From IMG/VR virus record IMGVR_UViG_3300036792_000096, positions 26,658 through 90,657 of that record: 64,000 nucleotides of DNA. One strand, given 5' to 3'. This document shows, one piece after another, positions 35,897 through 47,000 of the stretch. The translations under genes and the position numbers were made by a program. The notes under the pieces are model-generated. The model was not told the origin of the DNA, did not search any database, and saw only the letters and a program-made list of their open reading frames with translations. Source of the DNA: a virus. Every line of letters starts with the position of its first letter. The first letter of the stretch is position 1.

Positions 35897-37068
35897 GCAT
35901 CGGAGGCCCCCGCACCCCCATCTTAGCCCCGGATCTCCTGCCGCCGATCACGTCGTTCATAGAGACCGCCCTATCGCCAGACGCATCAGAGATAAGAGAT
36001 GTAGGCGTGCGTTGGGGGACGGGGGCGGAGTTTCGGTCCATCGCCTGCTCGGGCGACGCCTCCGCGTTCGACGTCTGCGCGCTCCCGACCTTTCCCGACG
36101 GTGCCCGCTCGACGCTGGCGGACGTGGACCCCTTCGCCGTCGTGGTGCCGGACACATGCAGCGCCCTCGGCTACCTCTACAACGACTACCAGGCCCGGGC
36201 GCTGATGAAGCACAAGGCGTGGGAGTCCTTCGTCATCGCGCAGCAGTTCTGGTCAGGTGTCGTGATCCCGAACAGCTTCCACCTCGCCTCCGGCGGAGCT
36301 GTGACGGACATCTCCCCAAGCGGTGCCTCGCTGGCCCCGCATGAGGCTCTGGGGCTCATGGAGAGCGAACTAGGTGAATGTCTCCGGGGAGCCCGGGGCA
36401 TGATCTACGTCACCCCCAGGATCTTCGGCGAGCTGTTCCTGGCCGCCGGGCTCTACCGGCCCAACAACGGGCGGCAGGTCTTCACGCACATGGGAACCAT
36501 CGTGGCAGCCGACGCCGGATTCCCGGGCACGGACCCGAATGGCAATGTCGAATCCCCGACCGTGGAATGGATGTACGGGACGGCGCCCGCCAAGGTCTAC
36601 CGCTCGAACCCGGTCGTGTATCCCACCGAGGCCGACTACCGGAGCAATCCGAAGGCGTGGCAGGCGGTGGCGCGCGACCGCAACGACGTGACGTTCCGGG
36701 CGGAGTCCCTTGCGGCGATCGCTGTCGATCCGTGCTGCCTGTTGGCGATCCGGGTCGCGGTCGGAACGGCTACCGAGGAGGCGGTCAGCATCGGCTCGAC
36801 CGTGGTCGACCGCTCAGGCACGATCGCCGTCGGTGGCACACAGCAGACCCTCATGGCTGCCAACCCGAGCCGGCGCTACATCTTGATCGAGAACGTCTCC
36901 GCCGCTGATCTCTGGTTCAACTTCACGACGAACGCCGTCATCGGTGAGCCGTCGTTCCAGTTGCCCACCGGGGCCTCCTACGAGATGTCCGGGGACTTCG
37001 TGTCCACGGAGCGGGTCTCGATCATCGGTGCTGCCGGCGGTCAGGCGTTCACAGCGAAGGAGGGCTGA
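35893..37068 (+). CDS. Putative major capsid pentamer protein with extra C-terminal beta domain
   Basis: RWGTG.EF...C, PFAV..PD.CS, T.MGT.V..DAG.PG, WMYGT; about 95 aa extension DRSGTIAVGG...AFTAKEG. Confidence 0.65.
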   Translation: MSIGGPRTPILAPDLLPPITSFIETALSPDASEIRDVGVRWGTGAEFRSIACSGDASAFDVCALPTFPDGARSTLADVDPFAVVVPDTCSALGYLYNDYQARALMKHKAWESFVIAQQFWSGVVIPNSFHLASGGAVTDISPSGASLAPHEALGLMESELGECLRGARGMIYVTPRIFGELFLAAGLYRPNNGRQVFTHMGTIVAADAGFPGTDPNGNVESPTVEWMYGTAPAKVYRSNPVVYPTEADYRSNPKAWQAVARDRNDVTFRAESLAAIAVDPCCLLAIRVAVGTATEEAVSIGSTVVDRSGTIAVGGTQQTLMAANPSRRYILIENVSAADLWFNFTTNAVIGEPSFQLPTGASYEMSGDFVSTERVSIIGAAGGQAFTAKEG

Positions 37069-38352
37069 GTGGGGTTCTCCTTCCCGTCCGGCGGGGCCGT
37101 CCTGAACCCAGGCGTCAACGTCAAAACCGCCTACGGTGCCAAGGGCGACGGCGTGACGGACGACACGACCGCCATCCGCAACGCCATCAACACCGAGGTT
37201 GCCAACTGCCAGACCGCCGGTACCTACTACGCTGAGCTCTTCTTCCCACCCGGCATCTACGTAGTGAACGGGGCCTACGTACAGGGCGGGGCGACCAGGG
37301 GCAACTCCATCCTCCCGCTTCCGGTCATCGCCACGACCATCCAGAAGGTGACGCTGGTGATCCGGGGTAGCCACGACGCAAGCGCGCTCCCGCACTGGCA
37401 GCAGACCGTGACGCAAAAGAACGGGGCGGTGCTGAAGACGACCCGCACTGACGGGACGAACGACGGCACCTATGGTGAGGCCAGCATCCTCGGGGGGCCT
37501 ACGCCAGCGCAGGGGTACGGCTTCGACACCTCCGTGTTCTCCAACATGCTCCTCACGGTCGATGGGCTCGTGCTTGTGGCACCTGCCAACCCGACCGTCT
37601 CGGGTCTCGACGCCCGGGGCTTGGCCGAATTCAACTTCGGGACGCTCGGCTTCGAGGCCGACCAGAACCCCACCAACGCCACCATCCCCGCCCACGCCTG
37701 GCAGTTCGGCGTCGGCATGCCCCAGAGCAACAACAACGACAACTGCAACGGGCTCTGGTACTCGTGCGAGGGGGCCTACTTCGGGATTCTGGTCGCCGAG
37801 CACACCTGCATTCAGAGCGTCAGGTGCATCTACTGCACCGACGGCATCTACTTCCAGCACGGCACGACCTTTCATGGATCCTGGATCGGCTACGCCTCGA
37901 TCGAGGCGTGCGCGGTTTGCCTGAACGGCTCAACGTCGAACAGCTTCAGCAAGGTCTACATCGACGTGCTGGACTTCGAGAACGGTGCTGGGGGGTTCGC
38001 ACCGCAGGCGCACATCTACGACCCGAACAACCTCATGTTCGGCAAGGTCGGGCTGGCGACGAACGACGCCATCTCAACGCTTGTCGTCAGCGGTGCGGCC
38101 AACCTCGAAGTCAAGAGCCTTCAGGCGGGCATCGGCCACGTCACTGCACCGGGCCTTCCTGCCACCACGGTCACCCTTGTCAACCCGTTCTGGCGCGACG
38201 CGGCGGTGACGATCACGGGCGGGACGGTTACGGCCATCGCCGTGGACGGGACCGCATCCGGCCTCACGTCTGGCACGGTCATCGTCCCCAGCGGCAAGAG
38301 CATCACGCTCACCTATTCGGTAGCCCCGACATGGACTTGGGTCATTTTCTAG
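37069..38352 (+). CDS. Beta-helix spike/depolymerase-like protein (pectate lyase 3 family N-terminus)
   Basis: NVKTAYGAKGDGVTDDTTAIRNAIN...LFFPPGIYVV. Confidence 0.8.
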   Translation: MGFSFPSGGAVLNPGVNVKTAYGAKGDGVTDDTTAIRNAINTEVANCQTAGTYYAELFFPPGIYVVNGAYVQGGATRGNSILPLPVIATTIQKVTLVIRGSHDASALPHWQQTVTQKNGAVLKTTRTDGTNDGTYGEASILGGPTPAQGYGFDTSVFSNMLLTVDGLVLVAPANPTVSGLDARGLAEFNFGTLGFEADQNPTNATIPAHAWQFGVGMPQSNNNDNCNGLWYSCEGAYFGILVAEHTCIQSVRCIYCTDGIYFQHGTTFHGSWIGYASIEACAVCLNGSTSNSFSKVYIDVLDFENGAGGFAPQAHIYDPNNLMFGKVGLATNDAISTLVVSGAANLEVKSLQAGIGHVTAPGLPATTVTLVNPFWRDAAVTITGGTVTAIAVDGTASGLTSGTVIVPSGKSITLTYSVAPTWTWVIF

Positions 38353-38380
38353 GCAGGCGACGACAGGAAGGGAGTGAGCA

Positions 38381-39028
38381 GTGGCAAACATGACGTGTAC
38401 GACAGCCTCGTTCGGCGCCTGCGGCATGCGGGTGGCACGACTCGGCCCGACGGGGATCCCCACGCCGGGAGCGAACAACCTCTATGAGACGGGCGCGCCT
38501 ATCGAGGTCAAGGCGACGTGGAACGTCAAGTCCGGCAACCGCTTCGAACAAAGGAACGGCTGCGGTGGGGTTTGCACCGTCGTCCAGCAGCAGGACGACA
38601 TTCAGGGCCTGACCCTCGCCATGACGCTCTGCCAGCTTGACGCCGAACTCATGGAGATGCTGACGGGTGGCTCGGTCATCTCGGTCGGCGGGAACTCGCT
38701 CGGCCATATGGTGCCGCCTCTCGGCCAGCAGCAGGCCAATGGGGTGTCCTTTGAGATCTGGACACAGGCGCAGATAGGCGGGGCGCAGGCCACGCAGTAC
38801 CCCTACATCCACTGGGTCTACCCACGGGTCACGTGGAGAGCGGGCGACGAGACATTCAATGAGGGCATCCTGAATGTCCCCTTTACGGGGGTATGCTACG
38901 AGAATCCGAATTACGAGGATGGAATCCTCGAAGAGTGGCCTACCAATATCACCGCAATACGGGCATGGATGCTAGACACCGCACTTCCGCCAAGCCTCTG
39001 CGGCTATCAGACTCTCGCACATTCCTAA
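38381..39028 (+). CDS. Major tail protein
   Basis: MRVARL...G, FEQRNGCGGVC, LCQLDAELMEMLTG, SFEIWT, YIHWVYP. Confidence 0.8.
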   Translation: MANMTCTTASFGACGMRVARLGPTGIPTPGANNLYETGAPIEVKATWNVKSGNRFEQRNGCGGVCTVVQQQDDIQGLTLAMTLCQLDAELMEMLTGGSVISVGGNSLGHMVPPLGQQQANGVSFEIWTQAQIGGAQATQYPYIHWVYPRVTWRAGDETFNEGILNVPFTGVCYENPNYEDGILEEWPTNITAIRAWMLDTALPPSLCGYQTLAHS

Positions 39029-39077
39029 TAACGGATAGGACGCCTGAGCGTTACGGCGCTCGTAGAGAGGAGCGAGC

Positions 39078-39389
39078 ATGGCAGACGTACAGCCAGGGCA
39101 GCGGTGGCGGCTGGTCAACGGGATCGGCAACACCGTCCCGGTTGGCGAGAACGCCGATGCCGTGCCCCTACCGTCGGGCATCGTCGGGGTGGTGCGGGAG
39201 TTGGTTCCCGCCGAGGTGCCCGGGGCTCACAACTTCGAGGAGGACTGCGCGATCTTGGAGTTCCCCATGGGTGACGTGACCTATGAGAACGGAGTTCCCC
39301 AACTCATTCAGACCTCGCGGGCCGTGTCCTTCGGCCTCCAGCACTTCGATGACCCGGGCTACTTCGCGCAGGTCGGAGAGGGGGAGTAG
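39078..39389 (+). CDS. Hypothetical virion-region protein
   Basis: GAGGAG RBS. Confidence 0.65.
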   Translation: MADVQPGQRWRLVNGIGNTVPVGENADAVPLPSGIVGVVRELVPAEVPGAHNFEEDCAILEFPMGDVTYENGVPQLIQTSRAVSFGLQHFDDPGYFAQVGEGE

Positions 39390-39812
39390 ATGGCGGGCTC
39401 CGGCCAGTTCTCACGCCTCGGCAAGACACGGGCCCTGAACGTCGTTCTGGGGCTCTCAGCCCCGACGACGTACTCGGGCTACATCGCCCTCACCACGACG
39501 GCGCCGACCGACTCAACTATCGGCACGGAGTACGCTGCCACCGGCTACGCCCGCCAGGCGGTGGCATGGACCTCCCCCACGGCCGCCGACCCGCCCGTGT
39601 CGTCCAACTCAGGAGCCCTCACCTTCGGACCCTTCACGGCCGGTACTGGCTCGACGATCTCCTACGGGGAACTGACCGACCAGAGCGCCGGGGCGATCAC
39701 GGCCACGACCCAGATGTATGCGTGGTGGACGTTCGGGACTGCCAAGACGCCGGCCAACGGAGACTCGGCCACCATCGCCATCGCGGCCCTGTCCATGAGC
39801 TTCACCGTCTGA
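39390..39812 (+). CDS. Fibre-associated structural protein
   Basis: YIALTTTAP...YARQAVAW...SNSGALTF. Confidence 0.7.
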   Translation: MAGSGQFSRLGKTRALNVVLGLSAPTTYSGYIALTTTAPTDSTIGTEYAATGYARQAVAWTSPTAADPPVSSNSGALTFGPFTAGTGSTISYGELTDQSAGAITATTQMYAWWTFGTAKTPANGDSATIAIAALSMSFTV

Positions 39813-39813
39813 C

Positions 39814-40053
39814 GTGGCCTTCTACTCGGTGGAGGTGGCGGACCATGTGGAGCCGGAGCAGGCGCTCACGAAGCTCAGGCGCTTCGCTCAGCAGCTCGGG
39901 CAGGGGGAGGCGCTATTGGTGCCTCTCCCTGCCGGCTTTCCGCCCGAGGCGGTACCAGGGCTTGCGTTCCACGTCCGCCACATCATGGAGCAGATCATCA
40001 AGGGCGACGTGCCCGGGGAGGTGCCGGAGCAGACCGAGCCGGTAGCGATGTGA
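39814..40053 (+). CDS. Hypothetical protein
   Basis: Abutting ORF. Confidence 0.55.
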   Translation: MAFYSVEVADHVEPEQALTKLRRFAQQLGQGEALLVPLPAGFPPEAVPGLAFHVRHIMEQIIKGDVPGEVPEQTEPVAM

Positions 40054-40057
40054 GTCC

Positions 40058-40993
40058 GTGCCCGTCACCCTTGTCCAGAAGGCGGGAGCCCAGAGCGCAG
40101 GCAACACCACGGGCCTCGTGGTCACGCTGGGCTCGCCCCCCACGGCCGGCAATCTCCTCGTGGCCGCGTGCAACTCGGACGCCACGGTTGCCACGCCGGC
40201 AGGCTTCACTCTCGCCGTGTCTGCCGTCTCGGGTCAGGGCCTCTACATCTTCTATCGGGTTGTCCAGAGCGGCGACGGGTCCAGCGTGACCTTCGCCCCC
40301 AATGTCGCTGACTCATGTGCCGGCGGGGTGCTCGAGTATTCGGGCCTGACCGCCACGCCTCTTGACCAGACGGCATCGAACACGACTGGTAGCTCGGCAT
40401 CCTCGCTGGCGACGGGGACAACGGGGACAACCTCGCAGGCGGATGAGCTGATAATCGTCGTCGTCGGACCCCACGCCGGCAACAACCATCCGTGGGTGCT
40501 CCAGTCGTGGAGCGCGGGGTACACGTCGCAGATCGAGGAGCCCAACGGCCTCGCCACGGTCGGGTCTGCCTCGTCGGCGTGCCACATCGGTGACCGCATC
40601 GTTTCCGCAACGGGCACCTACTCGGCGACGGGGACATGGGCCCCGGCCTCAAGCGATGCGGGTGCCGCCATTGCCACATTCAAGATCACCCCGGGCGGAG
40701 CTAATCTGTCTCTCGCGGCGGACGGGCTGGCGTCCTCGAGCGGTACGGCCAGCGTCAATCTCACCGAGCCGCTCGCTGCGACCGGCCTCGCTTCCTCATC
40801 GGGGACTGCTGCAATCCGCGGCGTTTCGGGGCTCGCTGCTGGGGGCCTCGCGTCCTCAAGCGGTACGGCTACGATCAACCGCCTCATCCCGCTTGTGGCG
40901 CAGGGATTGGCCGCTAGCTTCGGTCAGGCGTCGTTCCCCACCACCGGGCCTCCCTACATCCCCGGCCCGACGTCGGCGAGGCGCATCGCATGA
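40058..40993 (+). CDS. Ser/Thr/Gly-rich fibre/appendage protein with 20-aa repeats
   Basis: PTAGNLLVA, EYSGL; four LAAxGLASSSGTA-type units. Confidence 0.7.
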   Translation: MPVTLVQKAGAQSAGNTTGLVVTLGSPPTAGNLLVAACNSDATVATPAGFTLAVSAVSGQGLYIFYRVVQSGDGSSVTFAPNVADSCAGGVLEYSGLTATPLDQTASNTTGSSASSLATGTTGTTSQADELIIVVVGPHAGNNHPWVLQSWSAGYTSQIEEPNGLATVGSASSACHIGDRIVSATGTYSATGTWAPASSDAGAAIATFKITPGGANLSLAADGLASSSGTASVNLTEPLAATGLASSSGTAAIRGVSGLAAGGLASSSGTATINRLIPLVAQGLAASFGQASFPTTGPPYIPGPTSARRIA

Positions 40994-42390
40994 GCGCCGA
41001 CGCCTTCTTCATCCGCCAGGGCGACACCTTGCCGATCTTCCGCTACCAACTGCTGGGGAGCAACGGCGCTCCGGCGGATCTCTCCTCGGCGCTCGGCGCC
41101 GTGCTTCAGATGGCCCCGCTGCTGGGGGGAGCGCTGAAGATCAACGCCCCCGTGACTATTCAGGCTGCCAACCCCGTTGCCGTGGTCACGAAGGCCCTCG
41201 CGAACAACGTGGCGACCCTCGGAACGTCGGGACCGCACGGGCTCATCCCCGGCACGGTGGCGCTCGTGGTAGGGGTTGACGCGACCTTCAACGGCGTTCC
41301 GGTCGTGGAATCGACCCCTACCCCCACGACGTTCACCTTCGCCCTTCAGGCCCCCAACGTCGCCTCGCAGGTGGCAAGCGGGACTGTCTCGGCACCCGGC
41401 ATCGTGACCTACTCGTGGCTCGCCGCAGACACGAGTGTGATCGGCAACTACGCCGGGAGCGTCGTCGTCACCTTCACGGGTGGCACCCAGACCTTCCCGT
41501 CGGGGCCCGACTCCTACATTCCGATTACCGTCACGGAGGCGATCCCCGCCGTCGAAGGGCTGCAAGCGGGGCCCTGCCTGCCGTGGACGGACGCCAACGC
41601 CGTGCGTGCATGCGTGGGCGGGCTTGACCCGAACCAGGATCTGGACACATGGATCGACGCCGCCTCCCAGATCCTCTACGCCTTGACCGGCCGGCAATAC
41701 AAGGGGCTCTGCATGGCGAAGATCCGCCCGGCCCATACGGAGTGCTCGTGCGGCGGAGCGTGCGGGGCGCACCTGTGGGGCTGGCCGTTCTCGGGTGGCT
41801 ACGGGTTCGGGCCGTTCGGACTCCCGGGCTGGGGTTACGGGTGGGGCGGTGGAGGAGGGGCGCGCTCCATTCTGCTCTGCGCCTCGGAGATCGACCTGGG
41901 CCAGGACGCCCGCGAGGTGCTCTCAGTGACCATCAACGGGGTGGCCGTGGACCCGGCGACGTACCGGCTTGACCCCCGCGGGAAGCTCGTACGCCAACCA
42001 GATGCGAACGGGAATCGGTTGATATGGCCCTGCTGTGCCCGTCTAGACGTGCCAAGTGGTGCCGTAGGCTCCTTTGAAGTCGTCTACACATATGGTCAGG
42101 CACCGCCCGAGAGTGTCGTCATGGCCTGCAACATCCTTGCCGGGCAGTTCGCCTTAGCCTGCAATCCCGGAACGGCTGGGATGTGCAAGCTTCCCAAACA
42201 CGTTCAGACCCTTACCCGACAATCGACCACTATGACCTTTGTCACCGATACGACGGTATATCTCGAAAAAGGTTATACGGGTCTGGAACTTGTGGACATG
42301 ACGATTAAGGCGACAAATCCAGCACATCTGGCACGCCGCGGCCGGGTTGTCTCCCCCGACATCCTTCCTCATCGGCTGATGAATCCGTGA
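40990..42390 (+). CDS. Head-to-tail adaptor with N-terminal BppU-like domain
   Basis: FIRQGDTLP...DLS, GIVTYSW...DT; then GPCLPW, ASQILYALTGRQY.G.C, YTYGQAPP, CKLP, TGL..VD. Confidence 0.75.
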   Translation: MSADAFFIRQGDTLPIFRYQLLGSNGAPADLSSALGAVLQMAPLLGGALKINAPVTIQAANPVAVVTKALANNVATLGTSGPHGLIPGTVALVVGVDATFNGVPVVESTPTPTTFTFALQAPNVASQVASGTVSAPGIVTYSWLAADTSVIGNYAGSVVVTFTGGTQTFPSGPDSYIPITVTEAIPAVEGLQAGPCLPWTDANAVRACVGGLDPNQDLDTWIDAASQILYALTGRQYKGLCMAKIRPAHTECSCGGACGAHLWGWPFSGGYGFGPFGLPGWGYGWGGGGGARSILLCASEIDLGQDAREVLSVTINGVAVDPATYRLDPRGKLVRQPDANGNRLIWPCCARLDVPSGAVGSFEVVYTYGQAPPESVVMACNILAGQFALACNPGTAGMCKLPKHVQTLTRQSTTMTFVTDTTVYLEKGYTGLELVDMTIKATNPAHLARRGRVVSPDILPHRLMNP

Positions 42391-42809
42391 GCACCTTCGC
42401 ATCCGACCTGGCACAACGGGTGCGCTACCGCGCCGCCGAGATAGCCGGGAATGCGAGAGCCGACCTTGAGCGGGAACTACAGCGTGCGGCTCCTGTCGGC
42501 ACGCCGGCCCCCTACCAGACGCACGAGCCGGGCGCTCTGCGAGACTCTGTAGCTGTCAACGTGCGGTTCGACCAGACCGTGTTCACCTTCACCGCCGTCG
42601 CTACGGCAGAGTACGCGAGTTTCACGGACTCAGGGACTTCGCCCCATCCGATCATTGCGGTAAATGTGCGAGTATTACGCTTTGAATGGCCCCGTGGAGG
42701 GTTACATCCCGCCTTTTTCAAACATGTCTCCCACCCCGGCCAGAATGCCTCTCACTGGTTCTCAAATACGCTCAGTCGCTGGCCCGACATCCTCGCGGGT
42801 GCCCAGTGA
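42387..42809 (+). CDS. Tail completion/neck protein (HK97 gp10-like)
   Basis: APV...GALRDS, YA.F.DSGT.PH.I, LRF, V.HPG. Confidence 0.75.
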   Translation: MSTFASDLAQRVRYRAAEIAGNARADLERELQRAAPVGTPAPYQTHEPGALRDSVAVNVRFDQTVFTFTAVATAEYASFTDSGTSPHPIIAVNVRVLRFEWPRGGLHPAFFKHVSHPGQNASHWFSNTLSRWPDILAGAQ

Positions 42810-43279
42810 GCCTCGTTACCACTGCTCAGGCCATCCTCGCTACCGCCGTGACGGCATTGGGCTCGGCGGCTCCCGCCCGGCAGTACGTGGCGGCGGGTCT
42901 CGTGGCATACGACCAATGCGAGCAACTTACGTGTTCTTGGACCGTGGGAGGGATGTACCTCGCTGATCCCTTCCCGTCCCGCACCCTGAAGCCGGTTCGC
43001 TGTGCTGCCGTGGTCGCCGCTGATTTCCTGCTGGAATGCACGCGCTGCGTGCCGGTCATCACGAGCGATGCGGCACCTGATCCCGCCCTACTCACGTCCT
43101 CGGCCGAGGAGATCATGAGCGATGCCCAGACACTGTATTGCGCTCTCGTGGATGCCGCCCCGACCCTGTTCGGCGCTTGCCGGCTCTACTCGCTCGGCCC
43201 TGCTGTCCCCTACGGACCATCGGGAGCGGTCGGGGGGACTCGGATATCGATCACCGTGCAGATGGACTGTGGCTCTTGA
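42806..43279 (+). CDS. Tail terminator-like protein
   Basis: D.C.QL, RCVP, GPSGAVGG; position. Confidence 0.65.
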   Translation: MSLVTTAQAILATAVTALGSAAPARQYVAAGLVAYDQCEQLTCSWTVGGMYLADPFPSRTLKPVRCAAVVAADFLLECTRCVPVITSDAAPDPALLTSSAEEIMSDAQTLYCALVDAAPTLFGACRLYSLGPAVPYGPSGAVGGTRISITVQMDCGS

Positions 43280-43323
43280 AACCCATCGAATTGGCGGCAT
43301 TCAGAGAGAGGAAGGAACAGGCA

Positions 43324-43731
43324 ATGGCTGACCCGAACAACCCGGTCGGGGATGAGGTTGTGGCGAACAAGAACGGCACCATCCGCATCGGGCTCGCCGG
43401 GCACATGTACTCGTGGCGCCGGCCGACGATTGGCGAGTTCCGGAAGTTCAACGAGCAGTGGGCGGAGGTGGCGACTCAGGAACGGGTGATTGTGGACACA
43501 GCGAATGCCATCCCTGTCGCCGAACGGTCAGCGACGTGGCGGTTCGACTATGAGGCGAAGTTGGCGGACCTCTTTGCTGAGTGGGCGCTCGGCGTGTTCC
43601 GGGTGTTGTGCGACAAGGAGCCGCCCGCGGTGGACGACCTTCCGCCGTGGATGGCGACGGCTCAGTTCCGCATGGATCTGGTGGAGCACTGGACGACGGT
43701 CCCTTTGGCGGCCTCTTCCAGCCGGCCGTAG
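43324..43731 (+). CDS. Tail assembly chaperone (short form)
   Basis: Upstream of tape measure; slippery site near its end. Confidence 0.75.
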   Translation: MADPNNPVGDEVVANKNGTIRIGLAGHMYSWRRPTIGEFRKFNEQWAEVATQERVIVDTANAIPVAERSATWRFDYEAKLADLFAEWALGVFRVLCDKEPPAVDDLPPWMATAQFRMDLVEHWTTVPLAASSSRP

Positions 43732-44024
43732 CGGGGGAGGCTTCCTCGCTGGCCGGCGTGGGGCTCAGCGAGGTTGAGTCGCTCTACCGGCTGTTCTTCG
43801 AAGCGAAGGGGTGGAGTCCGAGGCAGGTTGACGAGTTGGAAATCTGGGAGGCAGCCGTGATGCTCGGGATCGGCAAGAGGGACTCTGCTGGCGGTGGAAC
43901 GCTCACGGGTAGGGCACTTCTTGCTGCCCGGGTCAAGGCTGCGGCCGAGGGCCGCCCACCGCCCTCAATCAGCCTCGTGCCGACCTCCTTACCGCCCGAC
44001 ATGGACCGGGGCTCGGGGGTGTAA
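43701..44024 (+). CDS. Tail assembly chaperone -1 frameshift extension (full product 43324-44024)
   Basis: C CCT TTG heptamer at 43701-43707; -1 frame open to 44024 with GWSPRQVDELEIWE. Confidence 0.75.
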   Translation, partial: PFGGLFQPAVAGEASSLAGVGLSEVESLYRLFFEAKGWSPRQVDELEIWEAAVMLGIGKRDSAGGGTLTGRALLAARVKAAAEGRPPPSISLVPTSLPPDMDRGSGV

Positions 44025-47000
44025 ATGGCGGGCTTGACGGAGGAATTAACCCTCGATATCAGCGCAGCGCTCAGCAGCGTTGATGATCTGGCAAGCGCGC
44101 TCCAAGGTGCCGTCAGTGGTATCGGGGACGACCTCGCATCCCAGATCCAAGGCTCTCTCTCTGCCGTCGACCCATCCTCCCTCGGGGCCTCGATCACCGA
44201 GGAAGGCAATGCCGCCGTAGCGGCCATCGACCCCACGGTCGTGCTACAAGCCGACACGTCGCAGTTGGAAGCCGAGGGCAACGCCGCCCTGCAGGCGGTC
44301 AACGAGCAGGCGATCAGCAACGTCGCCACCGGGGTCGGGGACACGAGCGGGGTCATCGCCAAGGGGCCCTCAGTTACTGGCGAGACAGGCAAGGCCGTGG
44401 CCGAGCTGGGGGCGGCGGAGGCGGCAACGAAGGCCCTCGGAACGGCGCAGGCGGGGCTTGAGGGCAATGTCCAGGGCGTCACGTCGGCGCTGGGGCCATT
44501 CGGAGCGGCTCTCGGGGGCGTGGCTGCGGCTGCGGGGGTCTTCTACACCGAGGCCGTCAACGACGCAACTGCTCAACAGCGCCTCATCACCGTGTTCGGG
44601 GACTCGAAGGACGCCATCGAATCCGTGTCCCTCCCGGCCAACAACTTCAACCAGACGCTGGCCCAGATAGCCCAGAACACGGGTGCCTCCCTGCCGGGCC
44701 TCGAGGCTGCGAACGCCCACATCGGGGATCTGGGGCACTCGGCGGGGGCCACGAACACGCAGATCGCGGAGACGGCGAACCAGCTCACCGCCCTCGCCTC
44801 CTACCTGGCCGTGACGAACCCGGCCCTGGGCTCCGCGGACCAGATCGTCACCGGGCTCACGTCGTCTCTGGCTCGAGGCGGCCGAGCCTTGGCGAACTTC
44901 GGCCTCGCCATCCCGACCTCGGAGATCCTCACCCGGGCCGAGCAAGACACGGGGAAGCTCAGCACGCAGCTCACCGTCTACGACAAGACCGCCGCCGGCG
45001 CGGCGATCGCCTCCGAGCAGCTCGGGACCTCGCTCGGGAACGCCTATACCAAAGGCCAGAACGAGGCGGCGCTGGCGTTGCCGAAACTCGAGGAGACGCT
45101 GAAGGAAACGCTGGCGCAGGTGGGCACGCCGCTCATTGCCCCCATTCAGGAAACGTTCAGCGCGATCACTCCCGTGCTGGCGGAACTGGCGCAGACCATC
45201 GGCTCCGTGCTGGGGCCGGCGATCTCCACGGCCGCGACGATCTTCCAGGTGCTCGGGCCGATCCTCTCGACGGTCCTGAGCCTCCTCCAAGCCTTCAAGC
45301 CGGCTATCGAGCCCATGATCATCGCCTTCCTCGCCTTGAAGGCCGTTGCCCTCGCTGAGTCTCTTGCGACATGGGTTGCCGGGATCCTGGACATGGGCTC
45401 GGCACTGCTCACGGGTGCCGGCGCTGCGGGGACGCTGGCTACGGCTGAGGGGACGCTCGCCGCCTCTGCCGGGGCTGCCACGCTTGCTGAGGGTGAACTC
45501 GCCGCCGGGGCTGCGGCCACTTCTGCGGCGCTGACCACGACGGCAGGTGCCGCGAGCACGGCGAACCTCGCGCTGATTCCCCTTGTCGGCGCCGTGGTCC
45601 TCGGCGGGAACGAGCTCAAGAAGATCGACCCGTTGCCGGGGTTCTTCAAGAACCTCATTCAGGGAACCTCGGATGCCAACGACAAGATCGTGACTGCTAC
45701 CGCCTCCGCAGGGGCGCTCGGTGGGGCCTTGCAGGGAGCCGCTGGGGCAGCAGTCGTGGCGTCGGGTGCCGTGGCGCAGTTCGGCAACGACCTCGCCGCG
45801 GCCATGGTCAAGGCTGCCGGGGTCACAACTGCTGTGTCCGACGTGGAGAAGGCTAACGCCTCCCTCGTTACGAGCGCCACGGGGCAACTGAAGGGCGTCT
45901 CCACGGCGTTCGGGGACACGTCCACCGCCATCGACGCCGCCGCGAAGGCTGCCGAGAAGCAAGCCACGAGCACGGGTTCGGCGTCATCGGCGATGGCCAC
46001 CGCGGCCACCCATGCCAAGGATCTTCGGGACGCCGAGGCTGCCCTCGTGACCACGGAGCAGAACCTTGCCACGCTGGCGGCCGGTCCCACGGCGGAAGTC
46101 GTCGCGGCGGGACTGCTGAGTATTGAGTCTGCCGCCAAGACCACGCGGGACGCGCTTCAGAAGGTCAACGACACCAAGGCTGCGCTGGACACTCTTGCCG
46201 CGGGCCCGGGGGCGGAGCAACTCGCGGCGGGCTACCTCAGCATCGCCCAAGCCGCCGCCTCCACCCGGAATGCTCAGCAGGCCGTCGTGGACGCCCAGAA
46301 TGCTCTGAACCTCCTCGCTGGCGGCCCATCCGCTGCTACCGAGGCTCAGGCCCGGGAGAACGTCGCCAAGGCGCAGACCAACCAGGAGAAGGCGACCCTC
46401 GCCCTCTCTGACGCCACGACCTACCAGAACGCCGTGGACGCCCTAAGCTACGCCACGGCGCGCCAGCGGGAAGACGCACAGATCAAGGTCACCGAGGCGC
46501 AGTACGCCCTGACCGACGCCACGACCGCTCTCACCACGGCGCAGGCCGCCCTGCAGAAGCTCACGACCGACTCCCTGCCGGGCAGCCGGGCCATGGTGGA
46601 CGCCACGAACAAGCTTGCCGATGCCCGCCTCGCCGAGCAGGCCGCAGCCGACAACCAGGCCAAGGCGCAGAAGGCACAGGCGGACCTCATCGCCGCATCC
46701 GTCCCCGGCTCGGCTGCCATGACCGCAGCCACGAACGCCTTCTCCGATGCCCAGCTCGCCCTTGCCCAGGCGCAGGCGAACCAGGAGAAGGCGCAGGACG
46801 CCCAGAACAAATTGTTCACGGATGCGCTGCCGGGGAGTGTCGCCTACACCGCCGCTCTCAAGGCCGTTGCCGATGCTCAGGATCACCTTGCCTCGGTACA
46901 GGCATCGGGGGCCGCCACGGCTGCCAAGGCGGCGTCTGCGCAGGCTGCCACGAGCGTTGACGTGCTGGCTGACCTCGGCAAGAACCTTGATGCCCAGATC

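Noticed and set aside
46050-46900. Internal repeats in the tape measure (AGP.AE..., LPGS..)
   Set aside because: Ordinary tape measure periodicity
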